Positions 30,101-32,000 of a stretch of DNA of 32,000 nucleotides are shown one piece after another. Position 1 is the first letter of the stretch, and each line of letters starts with the position of its first letter. The translations under genes were made by a program, and so were the position numbers. The DNA is taken from contig JAMWCX010000002.1 of assembly GCA_023818895.1 (NCBI GenBank), positions 300,001 through 332,000 of the forward strand, in the 5' to 3' direction. The stretch is from Candidatus Omnitrophota bacterium. Its GTDB lineage: Bacteria > Omnitrophota > Gorgyraeia > 2-01-FULL-45-10. The notes under the pieces were generated by a model that ran no database searches, was not told the origin of the DNA, and saw nothing but the letters and a program-made list of their open reading frames with translations.

Positions 30101-32000
30101 CTATTGGCGACTATATAACTTGCCACGCCTGATAAGATAGCGCGGTAATTGTCGCTCTGGACCGAGGCGGTCGTGTCAGGAGTCACGCCATAGACAGTGT
30201 TGAAATCGGCCCTCAAACTGGCATCCGCCAGAAGCGCCTGGTGTATGTCCACTATGTATGGCACTCCGTTAAGTATATCAGTGACGGTAATTCCTGGATT
30301 AGCGAGAACATAAGCTCCGATGCCGGAAAGAACAGTCCTATAATCTTCACTGGTGACGGTGGCCGTGGTGTCAGCCGTCGTGTTATACGCGATGTTGAAA
30401 TCCGCCCTCAGGCCCGGATCGGCCAGAAGCGCGGCATGTATATCCTGCATATAAGGAATGGCACCCAAAATATCATCTATAGTGGTGCCGGCGTTGGCCA
30501 GTATGTAACTGGCTATGCCAGAGAGCGCGTAGCGGTAGTTTTCGCCGGTTATATTGGCTGTGGTGTCGGCCGTTACACTATATATAACCTCAAAGTCCAC
30601 TCTCAAAGCGGCATCCGCAAGAAGCGCCGCGTGTAGATCGGCCATGATGGGAAGCGCGTCCAGAAGATCGGAGGTCGTAAGGCCATTATCCAGAATATAG
30701 GCAGCCATTCCGGCGAGCGCGTAGCGGTAAGATTCTGTTGTAACATTTGCTGTAGTATCAGCGACGACATTATACACAACGGTGAAGTCCGCCTGAAGAT
30801 CGGCATCGGCAAGAAGGGCCGCGTGCAGATCCGCCATTACTGGTATCGCATTAAGTATATCGTTAGCAGTCAGCCCCTCGTCGAGAACATAGCTTGCGAT
30901 GCCTGAAAGGGCATAGCGATATGCCTCGGTAGTGACGTTTGCGCCTGAGTCGGCTATAGTATTATAGACAGTATTAAAGTCGGCTCTTAAGCCGGCGTCG
31001 GCAACCAGGGCCTGATGGATATCGGCCATGATGGGTATGGCGCTCAGGATATCATTTATTGTCATAGGAGGATTGTCTAAAACATAGCTTGCGATCCCAG
31101 AAAGTGCGTAGCGGTAAGATTCGGTGGTCACGGATGGTGTAGTATCCGCGGTGACGTTATATACGACGTTGAAGTCCGCGCGCAAAGACGCATCCGCAAG
31201 AAGCGCGGCGTGTATATCTGCCATCGGCGTCAGTGCGCCGACAAAGTCGCCTACCGTATAGCCGGCGTTATCGAGGATATAATCAGCGGTGCCGGAAAGC
31301 AGATTCCTATAATTTTCGTTTGTCACAGGATCCTGGTTAGCCGGCGCTATGCCGTAAATAACCTCAAAATCATTCTGTATATCAGCTGACGCGGTGATGG
31401 CGGCGTCGAGGTCTGCCATGATGGGAAGCGCCTGCGTAAACCGCAGGACCGTGTAACCGGGTGTTGTCACGATGTAACGCGCAATACCGGAAAGCGCATT
31501 TGCATAATCAGGGTTATTTACCGGGTCCTGGTCGGCGACCGCTATGCCATATATAGTCTCGAAGTCAGCTTGAAGATCCGGATCCGCTGAAATAGCGGCG
31601 TGCAGATCATCTATAATAGGAAGGCTTGCCAGGAAGTCATTCACGGTCATCGGAGGATTCGCAAGAATGTAATTGGCCACACCCGAAAGTATATTACGAT
31701 AGTCAGCGTTCGTAACCGGGTCCTGGTCGGCGACCGCTATGCCGTAGACAGAGGCAAAATCCTCTCCCACCCCTGTAGGATCTGCGGCAAGCGCCTCGTG
31801 AAGATCGGCCATGAGCTCAAGCGCATCCATGAATATAGCTACGGTATATCCGGCGTTATTCAGGATAAAGCTCGCAATACCAGAAAGGTTAAAGCGGTAG
31901 GCATCATTCGTAATGGGATCCTGGTCGGCCGGCGCAATGCCGTATATTGTCTCGAAATCGGCCTGCAGAAGAGCATCTGCCTGGAGGGCTTCATGAACAT
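27133..32000 (-). CDS. Giant modular repeat protein, C-terminal >=1,620 aa (partial; N-terminus beyond right edge)
   Basis: The track ORF starts at the first in-window Met (31830). The frame stays open to nt 32000, reading ..VHEALQADALLQADFETIYGIAPADQDPITNDAYRFNLSGIASFILNNAGYTVAIF-MDALEL.., which continues the same repeat. Three repeat classes plus a 45-aa tail. No family confidently recognised. Confidence 0.9.
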   Translation of the reverse strand, partial: VHEALQADALLQADFETIYGIAPADQDPITNDAYRFNLSGIASFILNNAGYTVAIFMDALELMADLHEALAADPTGVGEDFASVYGIAVADQDPVTNADYRNILSGVANYILANPPMTVNDFLASLPIIDDLHAAISADPDLQADFETIYGIAVADQDPVNNPDYANALSGIARYIVTTPGYTVLRFTQALPIMADLDAAITASADIQNDFEVIYGIAPANQDPVTNENYRNLLSGTADYILDNAGYTVGDFVGALTPMADIHAALLADASLRADFNVVYNVTADTTPSVTTESYRYALSGIASYVLDNPPMTINDILSAIPIMADIHQALVADAGLRADFNTVYNTIADSGANVTTEAYRYALSGIASYVLDEGLTANDILNAIPVMADLHAALLADADLQADFTVVYNVVADTTANVTTESYRYALAGMAAYILDNGLTTSDLLDALPIMADLHAALLADAALRVDFEVIYSVTADTTANITGENYRYALSGIASYILANAGTTIDDILGAIPYMQDIHAALLADPGLRADFNIAYNTTADTTATVTSEDYRTVLSGIGAYVLANPGITVTDILNGVPYIVDIHQALLADASLRADFNTVYGVTPDTTASVQSDNYRAILSGVASYIVANSGSYGVSDFTGALSHMADIHEALVASADLQADFLLMYGVAVATPPASSNDYLYILSGIASYMLDNPTYTVTTFTTELSRMADLHQAIIDNDLREEFAIRSGISVADQIAITGEYRSYLAAIVMAGGYNQANEIAFLQSLTDTVTLHDALGTNELRDEFELMYGTPVAEQILTNGDYTNLIQGIAAYINDHEPAYTLNSFLTELAGIAELHLALDTYNLRVAFAAASGIAVSDQDPVAHPDTYRAYLSGVVNGPGYTLSGYLATLSEPGVVHDAIVASNLQADFSLMYGTPIDEQLMSNSEYVAILQEIVIGIGGIDNLSEFLSNLAAGAELHRALDIYDLRDEFASQEFIAVELQDPVNNSSYRGRLFGLVSTSGYTLIGYLTGIGGGAIYTHYPSGRIHTKTTADGTVSEYDDTTVDDGGTQGDLTDDYGRLIKETLSTGYYMTREYYPSTNDRKLDSFYTDVHVVYETKEYFEDGTTLKFHWMLDQDSTPDGDVTFREYNSSGLLIKEVLDTGYYFTREYFPSTTDRKLDTFYTDAHVIYETKEYFTNGTTLRYHWMLDQDGIVDGDIVFEEYDSLGNLVMVEYDTGVKQYTSENIFADFGINGFFKYNGISWTKLSAYNADSFMLSKKRSDNSYDAIVDFGGSGFYRYSNNSWSKLSGWNADSFMLSGLNNDKYDVVADFGLNGMHRYSNNTWTKLTGWNADFFMLTSLYGGTYDIISDFGGTIGFYKYSGSSWTKLSGWNADSFTLTDRRTDGSYDIVTDFGGNGLYKYVVNSWTKLSGWNADCFTVSKLYNDAYDVVADFGGSGFYRYSNNSWTKLSGWNADSFTLTDRRTDGSYDIITDFGINGLYKYAASSWTRLTSWNAEYFALSQLNNGVYDIVADFGVNGLYKYANSIWTKLSGWDADSFMLTVNNNTYDIIADFGAKGLYKYSNNAWTQLSTLSPDLEVSQRLDVQNSVTPPGATTAEGGYTLTSSLAGGPTGLTDRR
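27268..28305 (-). repeat. Class C: about 9 tandem units of 38-42 aa (about 120 bp), beta-propeller-blade-like
   Basis: Unit: DFGxxG(L/F)Y(K/R)YxxxxWTKLSGWNADSFxLxxxxxxxYD(I/V)(I/V)x. DFG motifs occur at aa 1177, 1218, 1258, 1298, 1340, 1379, 1421, 1461 and 1500 of the track ORF. Confidence 0.85.
27577..27876. repeat. 57-bp perfect direct repeat (27577..27633 and 27820..27876), 243 bp apart, inside class C
   Basis: Both copies read gatgtcgtaactgccgtcggtgcgtctgtcggtcagcgtgaaagaatcggcgttcca. A further 38-bp pair with one mismatch lies at 27621..27658 and 27741..27778. Confidence 0.85.
28336..28821 (-). repeat. Class B: two and a fraction copies of a 74-aa (222-bp) unit with YD-repeat-like motif
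   Basis: GRLIKETLSTGYYMTREYYPSTNDRKLDSFYTDVHVVYETKEYFEDGTTLKFHWMLDQDSTPDGDVTFREYNSS aligns with GLLIKEVLDTGYYFTREYFPSTTDRKLDTFYTDAHVIYETKEYFTNGTTLRYHWMLDQDGIVDGDIVFEEYDSL, followed by the partial copy GNLVMVEYDTG. Confidence 0.85.
28936..32000 (-). repeat. Class A tandem repeat: 16 visible units of 59-66 aa (about 177-198 bp)
   Basis: Consensus: (M/I)ADLHxALLADxxLRADFxxVYxVxADTTxxVTxExYRxALSGIASYxLxNxGxTxxDxLxAxP. Counted by hand from the translation (aa 1-965 of the track ORF plus one unit upstream of Met1). Confidence 0.9.

Noticed and set aside
2631-30636. Numerous plus-strand ORFs of 60-219 aa from the track. Examples: 3968..4444, 4595..5035, 8173..8655, 9336..9902, 9448..9960, 12542..13201, 13911..14405, 19003..19542, 28327..28752, 30241..30636.
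   Set aside because: All lie antisense to long minus-strand genes with clear family signatures. Their translations are low-complexity, rich in Arg/Ser/Pro, and lack motifs or ribosome-binding sites. The ones inside the giant gene simply mirror its repeats. I treat them as shadow ORFs.
2075-30812. Same-strand alternative-frame ORFs nested in larger genes: 2075..2323, 12765..12968, 15078..15398, 18543..18821, 24356..24562, 27366..27566, 28065..28307, 29352..29540, 30603..30812.
   Set aside because: They are fully contained in well-supported CDSs in another frame and have no independent signals.
1-32000. CRISPR arrays, rRNA genes, IS elements/transposases, integrases, and phage or plasmid genes.
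   Set aside because: No short direct repeats interspaced with unique spacers occur outside the giant gene's coding repeats. No DDE, tyrosine or serine recombinase motifs appear in any ORF, and no inverted terminal repeats were noticed.

Overview
32 kb, almost entirely minus-strand coding; only two genes are on the plus strand. All family calls come from reading motifs in the supplied translations and the DNA. No database search or folding program was available. (1) 1-6.2 kb is a housekeeping block: comEC (5' part, runs off the left edge), comEA, a polytopic GT-C-type glycosyltransferase with C-terminal TPRs, leuS, nfo, then tRNA-Leu(CAA) and tRNA-Ala(GGC). (2) 6.2-7.7 kb is a regulatory islet. 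A GC-rich 79-aa orphan ORF with its own SD and intrinsic terminator lies divergent from a two-gene plus-strand operon. That operon encodes an unusual XRE-HTH::receiver fusion and a translationally coupled PilZ (c-di-GMP receptor) protein. The 105-bp divergent region carries two sigma70-like promoters, a perfect 17-bp palindrome inside one promoter spacer, and a related second site. Its geometry predicts a leaderless regulator mRNA. (3) 7.7-27.1 kb is one co-directional Wzx/Wzy-type polysaccharide locus of 18 genes. In transcription order: Zn-ribbon methyltransferase, Wzx flippase, Wzy-like protein, three GT-B glycosyltransferases, a second methyltransferase, a radical-SAM enzyme, a TPR + CBM-like membrane protein, a second Wzy_C/O-antigen-ligase-like protein and the priming polyprenyl-P sugar-1-P transferase. 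Next comes an unassigned trio (SurA-N-like lipoprotein, HAMP-only membrane protein, membrane-anchored HExxH protein). Behind an internal promoter follow a FecR-domain protein, an OM beta-barrel, a short helix-less OPX (Wza-like) and a fused PCP/BY-kinase. (4) 27.1-32.0 kb is the 3' ~4.9 kb of a giant gene whose N-terminus lies outside the window. It encodes >=16 copies of a ~65-aa Lys/Cys/Trp-free acidic repeat, a duplicated 74-aa YD-like unit, and about 9 copies of a 40-aa propeller-like repeat. It ends at its own strong intrinsic terminator. I consider this giant repeat protein, together with the polysaccharide locus next to it, the most novel object here. The XRE::REC-PilZ switch and the SurA/HAMP/HExxH/FecR envelope module come second. 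No CRISPR, rRNA, transposase/integrase or prophage signal was seen. Caveat: in two stretches (about 22081-22320 and 23281 to before 24600) my hand-reading of the printed sequence was 1 nt out of register with the ORF track. CDS coordinates there follow the ORF track.
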